Origin: Orbicella franksi
Taxonomy: Eukaryota
Length of the DNA: 64,000 nucleotides
NCBI GenBank assembly: GCA_964199315.1
Contig: OZ116698.1
Coordinates: 25,854,001 to 25,918,000 of the forward strand
Direction of reading: 5' to 3'
A program made the position numbers and the translations under genes. Shown here piece by piece: positions 1-14,000 of this stretch. The notes beneath the pieces were generated by a model. The model did no database searches. It had not been told where the DNA came from and saw nothing but the letters and a program-made list of their open reading frames with translations. Position 1 is the first letter of the stretch; every line of letters begins with the position of its first letter.

Positions 1-2052
1 CCATTCAAGAAAACGGAAGGAACGTCATTCCATTCTCCTGATATGCACCACAAGGTAGTTTACTTAACGGTCATGTGGTTCGAGCCTTCTTTTTCCACGA
101 GGGTTCTTAGGCAGTCTTCCTAAGGAGATTGCCCGACTAGTCACGCAACGTAACCCAGGAATGTGATCAAATATACAATGAAGGTTCCCGACTCTAAAAG
201 CAAAATCACAATTGTTATTGGTTGGTTACAAGTCACAACACAGCATTTTAACTACATTTAATCTAACTACGTTTCAAGTCAATCTATCACGAAAGCTGAC
301 GACACCGGAGAACGATTTTCTAGAGTTTTCCCGCGTTCTCGCGTTCTCACTGAGGCTTGAAATGCGGTCACCTGCTGGTTTTTTTGTGAATTTAATTGAC
401 ATATCGAACAAGATTTCCTACCTCCCGAAAGAGGAAAAAAATATTGCCATTATACACTATTTAAACAGGAGCGCTTTAAACATTCCAAGTTAACCACATA
501 TTTACCGCAAAATAGAGTACGTGATATGGCTATCAGTTGTTTGTAATAATAAAACTGTATGCTAATTTATCACGATGAGCCATTCCACCGGCGCACGAAA
601 CGTATTCTAAGGTGCGCAACTGTTAATGTAAGGGACAATGCAAATAAACTATGGTGTCATCTTTGGCGCCTTCGAGTGCTGATAAATAATAAGGTAAAGA
701 CTGAAAAGAATCTTGTAAGACAGGAACTAAATGCTGTTTGTCTGGCTGTCTCGTTGTCTGTGTCTGTTTTCTGTCTCAGTCTGCAGGAAGCGGTTCATCT
801 TTTCATCCCTGAACACCAGTTATGTCCTGGCCTACGATTTAGCATAAGGAATTCTTCAGTGGAAGCGGGAAGACCCAACAAACGAAACAGAAATTTAAAA
901 AAAAAAAAAAAAACACCATATAACCAAGAGGCGGTGATCCTATGGAACTGATAATTAGGAGAATGTTGGAATGACAAGTTAGACGAGGGAAAGTAGTAGA
1001 AAACGGCGCAAAGTAATTAAGTATGCCAAAAAGAACCCGGAGGAAGAAAGGTAACAAGTCGGAATGAGAGAGCGACTAAGTATTTCTTGCAGACCAGATC
1101 AAAATGTCTTTCTTACAAATTGTTTTATTCTCCACGTTTCTATAGTAACACTGAAATCACAATACCGATCCGTGCTACCGCTTTGTTTAACATTACAAGT
1201 TAAATTCTAACTACATGCTTACGCTTTAAATGTGTTATTTAGCGGTTTTCTCACAAAAACTACAGCTATCGGCTCCGATCTTATTACTAATTATCAATAG
1301 AAAACACTACGCCGAGGGCTTTTCCATTGCACAGAAAAGGAAGGTAACAAATTGGTGGTTTCAGGGTTGAGGCACACGACACACGACATCAGGGACAAAA
1401 GCAACTACGGTATTCCAAATCACGCGGAGTATCTGTTTTAAAACAGGAAGGAACAGGGAGTAGGCGGAACTAACGTGGGCAAGAAAACAACGCTTTCAGC
1501 TTCATCGTTTAGTCAACTGTGCTTCGTTACGAAATAGCAACAATTTCTAAAATTTTGCTACATCCGCGTGATTCCACGGTAGCTGGAGGTTTCGCATCCA
1601 AGCGAGTTCGCACCCACATCGGCTCAACTAGCGATCAAGTGCTGCAAATTTATCTTTGTCTTACCGAGCAAAAAAGACAACATTGTGGGCATAACGAAAC
1701 AAAATCACACAAAACATGTTTATATCTCGTTCTTTAATCTACAGAGGGTGAAGACGAACTCGAAATAGAAAGTTTATAATGACTTCAGGGGTGCAAACTC
1801 AGTGCGTGCGAACTCGATTAGGTGCGAAACAGGTAGCATTTGATTACACACTTGACGAAAACACAAATATTAGCCTTCTACGCGTGTGCGTAGAAAACAT
1901 TCTTTTTCTATTAACGACTACTAAGAACAGTGTAACACAGTTCTACCCCTACCCTTCCCCTGTTCACTTCTTTCCCCACCATCTGCGGTTCAAGTCGGTA
2001 ATTCAACTTGAGATTTTTGGGTACATTTTACACTGATCTGCATTATTTTAAT

Positions 2053-5000
2053 TTAAAATTCGTCCTCACTGTCCTTGATTCGTTCTTTGGCGAGAAAGGC
2101 AAACTTTTCTAGCACTTGATCGATGGTTTTCTCTCCATGAACTTTGTTGTCGCGCGTACGAACGTTGACCGTGTTGGAATTTTCTTCTTTTTCGCCAACA
2201 ACTGAAAGAAATGCGATGAAAAAAACATCAAGCGCAATCCTCGGAGTTCAAAAGTAATTTAACCAAAACGGACATTTGGCAAGACAAAGGCGTCATATGG
2301 CCATTAAAAGTTTTGCCACTGTCGTTGTTAAATCTTCGAAATCAGCGAAGAGTTTCGTTATTGAAATGGGCTCGTGGGGCGCCATCTTGGAAACTAATTA
2401 CCTGCCAGCAAACGGCAAATTAATGTTCGCTCGTGTAAACTACACAACTTGAAACTGGCCGATTTCTGACCCAGAAATCGACCAGTTTCCAGTTGTGTAG
2501 TTTACATGAGCGAACATTAATTTGTCGTTTGATTTCTCTATCAACAATGATTTCCTTGAAGTTTAATATACCAAACATCGCTTGAACTGTGTTCGAATTG
2601 TGTCTGTTTTGGTGAGCGGCCAGTTAGTTACCGGTCATGTCTTACTATCGTCGCAAGCCAAGTTACACGCTTTTTAACATTTGAGAAACAAAACAGCAGA
2701 ACCTACCAAATATAAAGTTGTACTGAGCAAGTTGTGCGTTTCGTATCTTCTTGTTGAGCGTGGTGCCGTGATCAAGATCCACATCGGTCATATAACCTGC
2801 ATTAAACACGGTCTTCTTGACCTGCAGGAGGACACAACAACATTCAGCACTAACAACGAATCAAGAACGGGCATATGCTTCGAATCTCAGTTCAATGTCT
2901 TCCCAGTTCAACCACTTTAGACGCATGGTTTGATCAAAGGAGGATAAAAACTTGAACTTGGAGAGCAAATGTGGCGCGCAGTTGAAGGTAGAATTGTCTC
3001 TTAACACTATTTCTTCAAAACCATTCGCGCGCGTTCAACACATCGTTCTTTCTCAAATGACTCAAAACACGTGCACACACGTCAGGTCGTTGTCTGAAAA
3101 TCTCTTTCAAAACTATCAAAAGACGAAAAAGAACAAGACGCGATCTCCAACACGTGCAAGAAGCGTCTAGACGTGCGTGGCGTCTAGACCTGACAAGTTT
3201 GTGTAAACATGACAGATAAAGAAGAACAATAGCGTGATCTCCTGCACGCCTCTAAACTCTTCTAAAACCATCTTCCCACACGAGCACGTAGCGTCTAGAC
3301 GCGCGTGGTGTGTTGTAGCGTTTCACGATTTTCGCATTCAAAACACGTAAACTAAAGAACACGGTCAATCTGCGCAATACTTCGCAACAGTGACGCTACT
3401 AGTACAAATAAAAATAATTCCATAACTAACTTCTTATTAAAACCTGTGATCCTATACATAAGGGAGAAAGGGACCACTTAACTTTGAAAATGATTAATTT
3501 TTGGTATTTTCTTTCTTCTTTAAGGTGGTCTGCCTTGCATGGGGATTAATGATTCATTTGGTGACCATCGTTATGACACTTTTCTTTCTTTCTTTTTCTT
3601 GTTTTTTTATTGTATAGTATTTTATGTAGTTTTTGTAGCATAACTAAATACATACTTTGATTGCATACTCCTCATATTTCGGAGACACAGGAATCGCAAT
3701 GGCTTGAGTTGGTGACAGCCAGAACGGCCTGGAATTCAAACAAAAACAAATGAAATCAACACAGAACGCACAAAATATACCTTGTGGGAAGACACTAATG
3801 ATTTTATGGCAAAGTGAACCAGATTACCATTTTCCACCAAAATTCTCTGTCAATACAGCGATCATTCTCTCTACAGAGCCCAGAATTGCACGGTGAATAA
3901 TGACTGGCCTTTTCTTTTCATCGCCTTCACCACTGCAACAACAACAACAACAAAATATATAAAAACAGAGGTGAAAAAAAAAAAAATTTTTTTTTTGAAG
4001 AAAGATTGAGAAAAAAAGAAAGAAATGGAGTGAGAAAATGTTTGAAAGCTTTTTTCCTTTAAGAGGAAAACAATGGCCTTGTTAGTGCAGTACAGAAAAT
4101 ATTTGCGTGAAATACCATAAAAGTAAATCCATCTGTGACAATGGTGGTATTTTGGCCATAACACATTTTCTGATCAGACTAACAAAGATTTTGCACTCCA
4201 GCTTAGCTCATCAACTTACAATAGTTGTTGCAAAGTCAGTAATCCTGGACTAATAAACGCTGAGCGGGTACAAACGAAATGTCCATTTTGACTGAAGCCT
4301 TATTAGTTACAAAGTATAAGAGCTTTCCAAAGAAAAAAGTTCAAATGTAAGATAACACAATAATAAGGATTTAATCTTTTTTGATGGTCTGCTTGAATAC
4401 TAGAGGCAAAATGCTCTAACCTGACGTAAGTTAGGTTGAACCTTTCTGGAAGCTGGAAGTCCAGTTGAATGGTGGCACATTGATGATAGCGGCGCAGTGC
4501 ATCTTGAATCTGAATGTCAATCTGTAAAGAGTGGAACAGGGCACACAGTGAGTCATGCATAAGGCAAATACAACAATGCAGAGTCGAAACCAGGAGACAA
4601 GTATTTTAAAATTGCAAGAGTATTTTTGCACAAAAACCATTCCTGGACTGACCCAAGCACCAGCATAAAAAATAAAATTTCTGCTTATGACGGAAATACA
4701 CTTTCATTCTCACTGACCATAAGTCATGTTCTGCCGTCTTTGTAGTATCACACCCTGGATGTATGCCTACCTTAATCATAGTGGGTATAAGTATGGGAAG
4801 AATAGACTTGTTTTCTCGGAATTAAAAGAATGATCTCATGTGCCACTTAGCAAAGAGAAGATACGTGTCAGTGAAAAGAAGAACTTTTTTGCACTAACGT
4901 AATCCACACCTAGGCATTAAGGATTTAAGCAATAGCATTTTAAATAAAGCAGTTTCAAGTTTTCAAGTAGACGAGGCCCCTCAGCCTGGCTGGGGACATT

Positions 5001-8000
5001 CTGTTGCGTTCTTGGGCAGGACACTCTGTTTCAATGAAGAACAGTGTTTTGCGTGACATTTCGTGTGACGTTTTGTTATTGATTTGTGTTACTGATTTTA
5101 ATAGTTTAATATTACACTTTCTATCATACATGATTACATTGATTGACATTGCAATTTGAGCAGCTTGATGTAGGAATCGTTTTTCTCAGTAGTTTTACAC
5201 GTGTCGGAATGGATAGCTTCCAGTTTTAAAGGTTTTTTGCAGTCTAATTGGACTCTGGAATCCCGTCACGAAGTGAGTCAGTTTAAGTTGGTTTTTTTCC
5301 GTTTTCTAAGGCTTTGTTTCTTTAAGTTGTTTCCTTTGATTTCTGGTAGTGTAATTTCGGTAATCGACCGCATGTGATTAACAATTGTGTAATACCGCGT
5401 GGTTTACTCAGTGAAATCCGTTCGCGTTTCTTGGTTTATACGATGTATTAAGGCCCTTTATTTTCGGTTAGTTGCTATTGTTTAAGTGTATCATTTGTTG
5501 TGTTTATTTCAGATCGAATAAAATTCTTATTTATACGATTCACGCGAAATCAGAGTCAAGGGTATTTTTAGCAGTTTTCGTCCGACGGACCACACTCTAC
5601 TCTCACAGTGCCTCTCTCCACCCAGGTGTATAAAATAATGGAAACCTGTGAATTTAATACTTGGGGGTAACCATGCAATGGGCTAGCATCCCATCTAAGA
5701 GAGGTAGGGGGGTGGGTAGAAATACTCCTAGTCACCTCATGCTACAGAAACCAGAGATAAGCACCGGCCTGATGGGCCACTTTTATCTAAAACATGACTG
5801 TAAAGTTATCAACTTATTATACCTTTGGTCCATAGAATGCTCCATCTCCTGGGTTCAATGTCCAAGGCATTCCAAATTCATTCAAAGACTCTTCCAGTTC
5901 CTAACATGAACAGAAATATCTTTGAGACTTAAGAAAGATAAAAGAGAATTTAAAGAGGGCATGAACGATGCCTGTATAGACATATACCACTGACCCATTG
6001 AAACAAATGGTTGTATCTGTTTCTCAGTGTTTGAAAGACCACAAGCATGTAAAACCACATATTTTGTAAAATGGTAACTATAGACCCAAGGACCACACAT
6101 AGCATCTGTTTGAAAGAAATTATTTCTGGGATACTGTACATCATACTAACAGCCATAGAGGAAGCCTGAGTTAGAATTGAAAAGCATTCAAAACAAAAAA
6201 AGAAAAACATTAAAAATTATCTCACTCCTTGTATAGTTGAGGTGTACCCCTAAACTATAGCTTAATATGCAGCTCCTAACGTGTGGGTTATTGTCAGATA
6301 TTAACTTGACATCAAAAGCCTAGGAGGACAAAAATGCACAATTTGTAGGGGTGGTTTATCAAGTCTCATTAAGAGGGAGATACGATTTTATACTTTCAAA
6401 TGACAGATCTATCCAAGACCTTTGGGCTGTTCAATTTTGATAAAAATTGACCAAATATGGAGCATGTAATGGTATTTTGTATCACATGGCACTCTTGGGA
6501 GTGAGAGGGTTAAGGGCAGTTATTTTCAAACAGTCTGTATATAAGGTGTGGAGAAACAACAGGGGCAAGCTATTAAAGACACAATGTTTGAAATCTCTAG
6601 CTTTAAAACTGCAAGCGTTTTGATTCACTGTTATGAATTAAGTCTATGCCTCGGGTTTAACCAACTGTTCCACCAATATGCATTTACCTTGCTGAACAAG
6701 AGGGCCAATCATACAAAGCAAATACAAGGTTTTCAAAATAAGTTGGCGCCTGATGCAAGTCACCAGCTACTTCAAGCATTTGCGTCTGGTACTTTTTAAC
6801 GCAAAGTTTATTAAATTAATGAGCAGTTTTGTTTCACCAACGTAATTATGATAAGATCTTTCTGAGGTTTAGTGAACAAGTGAAAAATCAGTCTATACTG
6901 TCTTTTAAAAGTTGCCTCCAACAAAATCACTTGTGTGTGCTAGAAATGCACCAGAATGCAACTGAACTTACAGGACTGAAACATTTGGTTAACACCAGAG
7001 CACTTTATCCCTCAGCTATCACTTATCAACATTAGTATAACTACTTTCTGGTATCTGAAGATGACGATCACTGTTAGGATTGAAGTGCACAAGATGTTAG
7101 CATCTCACCTTCTCTGCACTGTCCCACAGCTCCAGTTTACCCATGTACTTGTCAGGTCTTGTGGACAGGAAAAGTTTGAAGGAGAAACCAAACTTGCTGT
7201 AGACAAATTTGAGGAAATCCAGGCAGCCTTTAATTTCATCACCAATCTTTAATTAAACATAAAATGGAATCAACAACACAATGAAAGAGAAAATAATGCC
7301 CTTAAGTAAATCATCAACTATTATAGGCACCTACTGCATGCAAAAGAAACCTTGGACCCAAAGGTAACTCTTCATTTGTTATGTACCTATGACAGCAGAA
7401 TTATTGTTATTAGCTGCATCAATAGCAGCGCTCCAGATAAATATAAAAACTAAAATGTTCCACCAAAAAAAATACCTGATCTGGTCTACAGAAGAGGTGG
7501 GCATCATCCTGTTGGAATCTTCTCACCCTGGTCAGTCCAGTCAATGTACCAGACAGTTCATTACGATGGAGAACTCCAAAGTCAGCCATCCTTAGAGGAA
7601 GTTCACGCCATGACCGGGGACGGTGATCAAACATTACACTGGAAAACAATTGAAAAGGTTAACTTGTACAACAGTGATGACCTCCAGCCGCAAAAGTAAT
7701 TCACAAAGTGATCTGGGTGATCGTTTCATTGATAAATGTCAAATTAGGTGATGAATATGGCTTATGTGAATTAAGGAACAAATCATGGGAAGAAAATTAG
7801 GGAACTGATCATGTGACATGATAGTGATTATCATGTCGATTGACAGCACATATCCCCATTGAAAGATTACAGAGATAATAATTGGGTGAAAACCACTGCA
7901 TGTTTATAACACTGTCTGTGTGAATTAAGTGATGGGCAGTGAAGGCTGTAGAATGATTCTATCTCAGGACTGTCAGCTGACAGATCGAAATTTTGCTGAG

Positions 8001-11000
8001 TAGGCATACATTGTTATAACAGCTTTTTATCAATTTTGTTTATGTTTTGGCTAATAGTTTCTTGCAAATTTGATATTCTTATGAGTATAGACCAGAGTAA
8101 TGCAAGCCCCTGGGACAAAAGCCCCTGACCATCAACACTATGGTTATAAACAGACAAGCAAGCCAAAAACTAACCAATGTCCTGGACAATTCATGGGCTT
8201 CAAAGCATAGCGCTCCTTCTCCACCTCAAAAGAGAACATGTTTTCCTGGAAAACAAACACAGCCATGTTAAAAATCCTGACTAATAAATATAAAAGCCAG
8301 GGGGGGGGGGTACTCCCTTATATGGGCTATAGAGGTACGTGCAGCCCTAAAGTGTAGGGTTTTTCAGCCGTTTTGGTCATAAATAGGGTATTGATTTTGG
8401 CCATTTTGGTCTTAGATAGGGTATTGCAGCACTCTAGTCTTGAATTGGGAATGTTTCTTAGAAGAAGCTACTTTTTCATCATTATCAATAAGTCCATCAA
8501 CAAAAGCCTTTCATAACTTATGTTTAGGGCAACTGAGCCAGCTACAAAGGTCATAAATAAGGTATCAAATTTCTGGCCAGGTCATAAATAGGGTAGCATA
8601 AATGCCAGATTTTGGTCATAAATAGGCTAAGGGTTTTGGGAAGTGGGCTGTACACCACTACCCAACTTTTCTGGGAGTGCCCCTCCTAGGCATAAAAGCA
8701 GCAACATCAATGAACATCCAGTGGTCCTTACTGAGTAATGCTGCCAGTGACCTGATGTTTCCCACAGCTTGGTACTATAAATGTTTGGTGAAATAACTTC
8801 CTGGAATCCTCGCTTGTTGTACTCTTCCTGATTACAAACAGAACAGATTGATTGAAAGCGTTCAGAACTTGTATCTTTCATATAAGATTCCCTGGGTTTA
8901 ATTTCCCAGCACGCTCTCAAGAGGAACAGGAAAATTGTGCATTTTGATGTTTTGCTATTTCTTGGGGATCAAGCCATAGTTTAAAAGAAACCTGCACCAT
9001 TTACAAGGTTCTTAAAATTGGAAAAAAAAATGAAACAATAAACACAGAGCAAAGATAATGCACCTGGGCCTATGAACAAACAGATTAATGGGAACAAATG
9101 AGAAAATAGAGGCTTAACAGTGGTCCAGATCGACCACATAGTTTGGTATTGGAAATACTATCGTCAAGCTTCTCATATATTCCCCTGAGAATAGTCTTGT
9201 ACATTGGTCAACAAAGCTTGTTTTTAGCAGCCCATTTGTTATATACTAATACTGTAAATGTATAAGGCATTAGCTGTCACTAATCGATTGTACAGGTGAG
9301 GTGCATATTACCATTCAGTTCAATCAGCAATGTATTATTTTAGTTTCAGTGACATTTTTCGTTGCTAAATGAATTACACAAAAATCCAACCTTGATGAAG
9401 TTAATAAGACTGTTGTAGATATGAGCTCCTTTTGGTAAAAAGAAACAGCTGCCAGGACTCAACTCATGGAAGAAGAACAGTTCATGATCCTGTAAGTAAA
9501 ATCACTGTTAACAGTCAAGATTTTATTTAAAAAGGTTTAGATAAAAAGCTGTGAAAACTATGTAAACACTTTATGTTTTTGATCATTAAGATCCTCCTTC
9601 GTAAGGGTGATCATGATGTCACTGATCAAAAGTGTATATGCAGTTCAACCCCTATTGAATGGCGACCCTCGCAGAAATGGATAGTGACCACTTAAAAAGG
9701 GGCTGGCTGCTTAATAGAGGTAAAAACAATAGAAAAAACCTCATCAGGACTTTGATTACTGGCTGCCTAATAGGGGTGGCCATTTAATAGGAGGCCACTT
9801 AACAGGGGTTCGACTGTAGTTTTAACAGCTTTTTACCTAATATTTTTTGCAATTTTTTACTTGGTGAAAAGTCCTTAGTTACACTCATACTAGTTTAATA
9901 CAATTTTCAGCACTTGTTCGTTAATCAATAGCACAAGTTTATTTCTTGTTCTTCAACAATACTCCCTTTTCATGACCCCAATAAAGAAATATTGTGTACC
10001 TAATGAGTTTGCTAAACTCAGCCACTTAAGTTTATTTCAGAAAAATTCTTTTTTGCCTAACTTATGTTCACTATTTTTATAGGGGTTAGGTTTCCAAAAC
10101 TTTACACAACCTATAAAACCATTTTCAAAGACAAGAACAAAAACTACAGGCCTTTACAAGATTTCCAGAGCCTGAATGAGCACCTGCTACAATACCGGTA
10201 ATAGAACAAGAGAGTAAACTAATATTGAGAAGCTGTACACACCCTTCCTAATTTTCTGTGGTCTCTTTTTGCAGCCTCCTCCTGAAACTTCTTCCATTCT
10301 TTCATCTACCTCAACAAGAAAATATTTTTTAATGTTTTTTTTTTTTTCGGTGTCCGAAACAGATGTTGTAGGAAAGGTAAGGTAATTCTTAAAATAGACA
10401 GTGTTGAAACTCGCTTCATGTCAACAATAGAACACTTATTTGTCAATGTTTTATTATTTCTGAGAACAGAGAATTATTCACTCTAGGAAGTAGAGGAAAT
10501 GAAAAACAAGGTAAGTTTCCACAAGCTGAAGGGATTTTGTGATATGTTACAGACTAAATACAGTGTACACTGTACACATACATTCTGACATGACATTTAC
10601 ACACGTAATTTCAATACACCTGTTTATCATTTGGGAATGAGATTCCATAAAGTCTCTGAAGAGATTCTGCTTCACAGTTTCCTTCCCAGTATGTAGCAGA
10701 GTTCTGAAAATAAAAAGACAAACAAAATATTCAAGAGGACTGCAAAAAGAACATCCATAGTTCTGTAACTTTGTACATACCTTAGTGACTTGCATAGCCT
10801 TTATCTTTCCAGTATGCCTTACATGAGGTCCTCGGCACAAGTCAATCAGTGGCCCACACCTTAAATAAATTAAAGAGATTATCTCTGACAGTATTTTAAC
10901 ATCTGATTTAATTTTTTTCCTTCTACAGAGTAGGAAAGAACGCCAAGAACTGCCACCAGACGAACAGTAATGATGAGGGGGAAGTTATGTAACCAATTCC

Positions 11001-14000
11001 AAGTAGATCAGTTACTGATACACAATGTAGAATTTGGGGAAGAGGCAGAAATTACACTCAAAAAGCACTGCATCAAATATCAATAGAAATCATCATTCAA
11101 AATCATGTTAGATTACAAAATCCAGTGATCAATCCAATTTATCCTTACTTGTACACAGTGGTAGTTGGTGTTTTCACCTTTTCCCTTATAATCCTGCACT
11201 TGAATTCATTGTACTGTAAAAATAACATATTAATACTTTGATAAATAATAAATTCAATCAAGGATAGGTGTGCAGCTAGGTAGTATAATAGAACACAAGG
11301 TCTCTCCCAAGGTTAACAATACTAAATTGCTTACCACTTAGTTCACAAGTTAATATGTCACATCATTTTGTCTTAAGATAAAGAGATCACATAGGTGCAC
11401 AATGAGCAGGGTCTGGCCCCCTTTTTCTCTACCAGACCCCGCTCATCACTCGTCACCCGCCTGCTTTTTTTGATCATCCCCACTGACCAAGAACCTGGAA
11501 CAGACTAGTTTTTTTGAGTACCAACCCAATATCTTCCAAAAGAGATTTTATGATTCCACTGGAACAATTCCATTATCAGGGCATAACCTACACAAGGACA
11601 AATGTTGGTGCATGTGTGTGAAGGGAGGGAAGGGAGGGAGGGGTGACAATGATCTACACACAACAGAGTTCCATATGCAAGAGAACTAAAATCCAACTCA
11701 TTCTAACAAATTATATAATAATTTATTACCAAAATGAACTTCAAGTGATACCTTAAACATCACTAAGAGGTCTTCCTTTGATATCTCAAGTCTTACAAAA
11801 GGCTGTTTCTCCTTCACAATGTTTTTCGTTAAAGTATCCAAAGAAGAATAGTCGTTTGAGGACACCTGCCTGCAGTCAAAACACACAAAAAGGTCAAAAA
11901 AATCAAGACTATAAAACTTCAAAAATATACATCAGCCACACAGCTATATTCTAAATATAAGTTCACAAGCATTGGCCTTAGTACTAAGCCAAGAATCTTT
12001 CTACTTTGGTATAATAAACATTATAGTGTTTAAGTAACCTGGAATTTATTTCTTAAGACTGATTTATTAAATCTTAAAATTCCAAAGTAATATGCCCGGA
12101 CATCGAACCAAACTTTGGAATAAAGAAAACAAAACTGAACAAGGTGTCAAGCTTTAATAAATTAAGTGTGAGTCCAAGCCAACCTTCCATCCAAGAACAT
12201 GTCATAGTAATAACCCTCCTCTATCGGCGGTCCATAACACAGATGACCTCCATAGTGTCTCTCCATTGCTTCACCCATGATATGTGCACTAGAATGCCAG
12301 AACACTGCTTTGGCTGCAGGAAATAAATATTAATATCAATAAGTATTATTAATTACTAAATAAAATAATTATTGTCACCAAGGCATTATCATTTGTAGGT
12401 GTCATCAAAGCATTGGCTGGTTTGATCAGACACCAATACATTTGCATTTACCATTCTTGTTTTCTTTCTTCTTTTGGTATCATTATTGTATATAATAACA
12501 TGTCCTTTACAGATGGAATTATGAAGGTAACATGGCTGAGTGGTTAGGGCACTGGACTTGAAATCCAGAGGTCACAGGTCCAAGTCCTGCTCTGACCACT
12601 AAGCTAGAGTTGTTTCTCGCTAGACCCCAGTTCAATGCCTCAGTCATGCTTGTAAATAGCCAACTGGTCTACCTCCTGCCAGCTGGGATTTTTAAGCCTA
12701 TTATGTTTATTTGCAATATTTGTTTCTTTCAGTTTAAGTGGGGCGTGCGTGAAAACTAGCTGGTTGTAGCTAAGTGCATCGACCACTGTAAACATTCAAC
12801 AACAAAAGAAAGACCTATGATGTTTGCAGTGACTTCATCCATATGTAACTCAACAACTCGTACACAACTTACATGTACGTGTGTGCCAGCAACTTAACTG
12901 ACACTCTCACAATTCAATGATGAATACTACAAAACAAGAACCACACAAACAAGTTTCATTCCTGACAGAAACTAGTTCCTAAACTCCATGAACTGTCATG
13001 ACCTGGCACAGCCTGCTGGCTGGGACATAATAAAACAAAAATAGGATGATGTACAGTGAAATTCATAATCTGCAGCAGCCCTAGTTTACCTTCATCATCT
13101 TCAAATTTAAGAAATTCTAGGGTGCAATCTCCTTCCAAGACTCTATCCAAGTCAAAAACTTCACCATTAACCTGCAAAGCATTGATGTTTGCTTACATAT
13201 AATTGGGTGGGTGTTTTACTCTGTTAGCTGGCTCTACTACTAAAATCTTATTCATTTACTCAATTAATGAAATACCCTGGCTTGTATTGTACATCAACAA
13301 CTGAAGAAGCTAGTCATAAAAGGGGATAAGTGACGATTTTGGTTGCTTTTTTTTTTTCTTGCTCCAAATTAGCTGAATTTTTGCATGTGGTCTTCAATGT
13401 AATAGAAAAACGTGTTCCTGTATTTTTGCCGCTGGTTTTTGCTTCGCTTTATAACGACGCCGCTAGGAAAACCGAGTGGTTTTTTGCATACGCAATATCC
13501 TGAAAACAAAGCAAAGTTTAGCGGAAAAACTACGGGACATTGCTAAACATACCTAAACAAAACTCTACGCGAAATTTGGAGCGTTTTCGACAAAGTTCAC
13601 TTTTGATTAAAATACCTAACGCCCTTTTCCCGCCGAGGCTGCGAATAAACAAAGGCGAGCCTTTGTTATGATAAACAGAGCCGATCCTTTGTTATAATAA
13701 CCAAGCCAAGCCTTTGTTATAAGTCGAAGTCTCGCCTCGGTTTATCATAACAAAGGATCGGCCCACTGCGACCACAGGGACTTTGATCTCACTTAGAAAG
13801 CAGCAAAATGTCAATTTCACGCAACGTATAAGCTCAAAAATGTTAATTTTAGGTCAAAAAAGGTTTAAATGTTGATTTCACATTAACGTGTGACGGCAAG
13901 GAGGTTGATTTCACTTAGAAACAAGCAAAATGTCAATTTCACGCAACGCATAAGCTTAATGATGTTGATTTCAGGTCTAAATAGGTTAAAATGTTGATTT

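Noticed and set aside
559-951. 130-aa ORF with a poly-Lys run
   Set aside because: The Lys run comes from an A homopolymer; no recognisable homology and composition is not convincingly coding.
11008-11095. Possible C/D-box snoRNA in TARS intron 8 (ATGATGA ... CTGA on the minus strand)
   Set aside because: Only a 2-bp terminal stem, no clear C'/D' boxes and no recognisable rRNA complement; such motifs are expected by chance in AT-rich introns.
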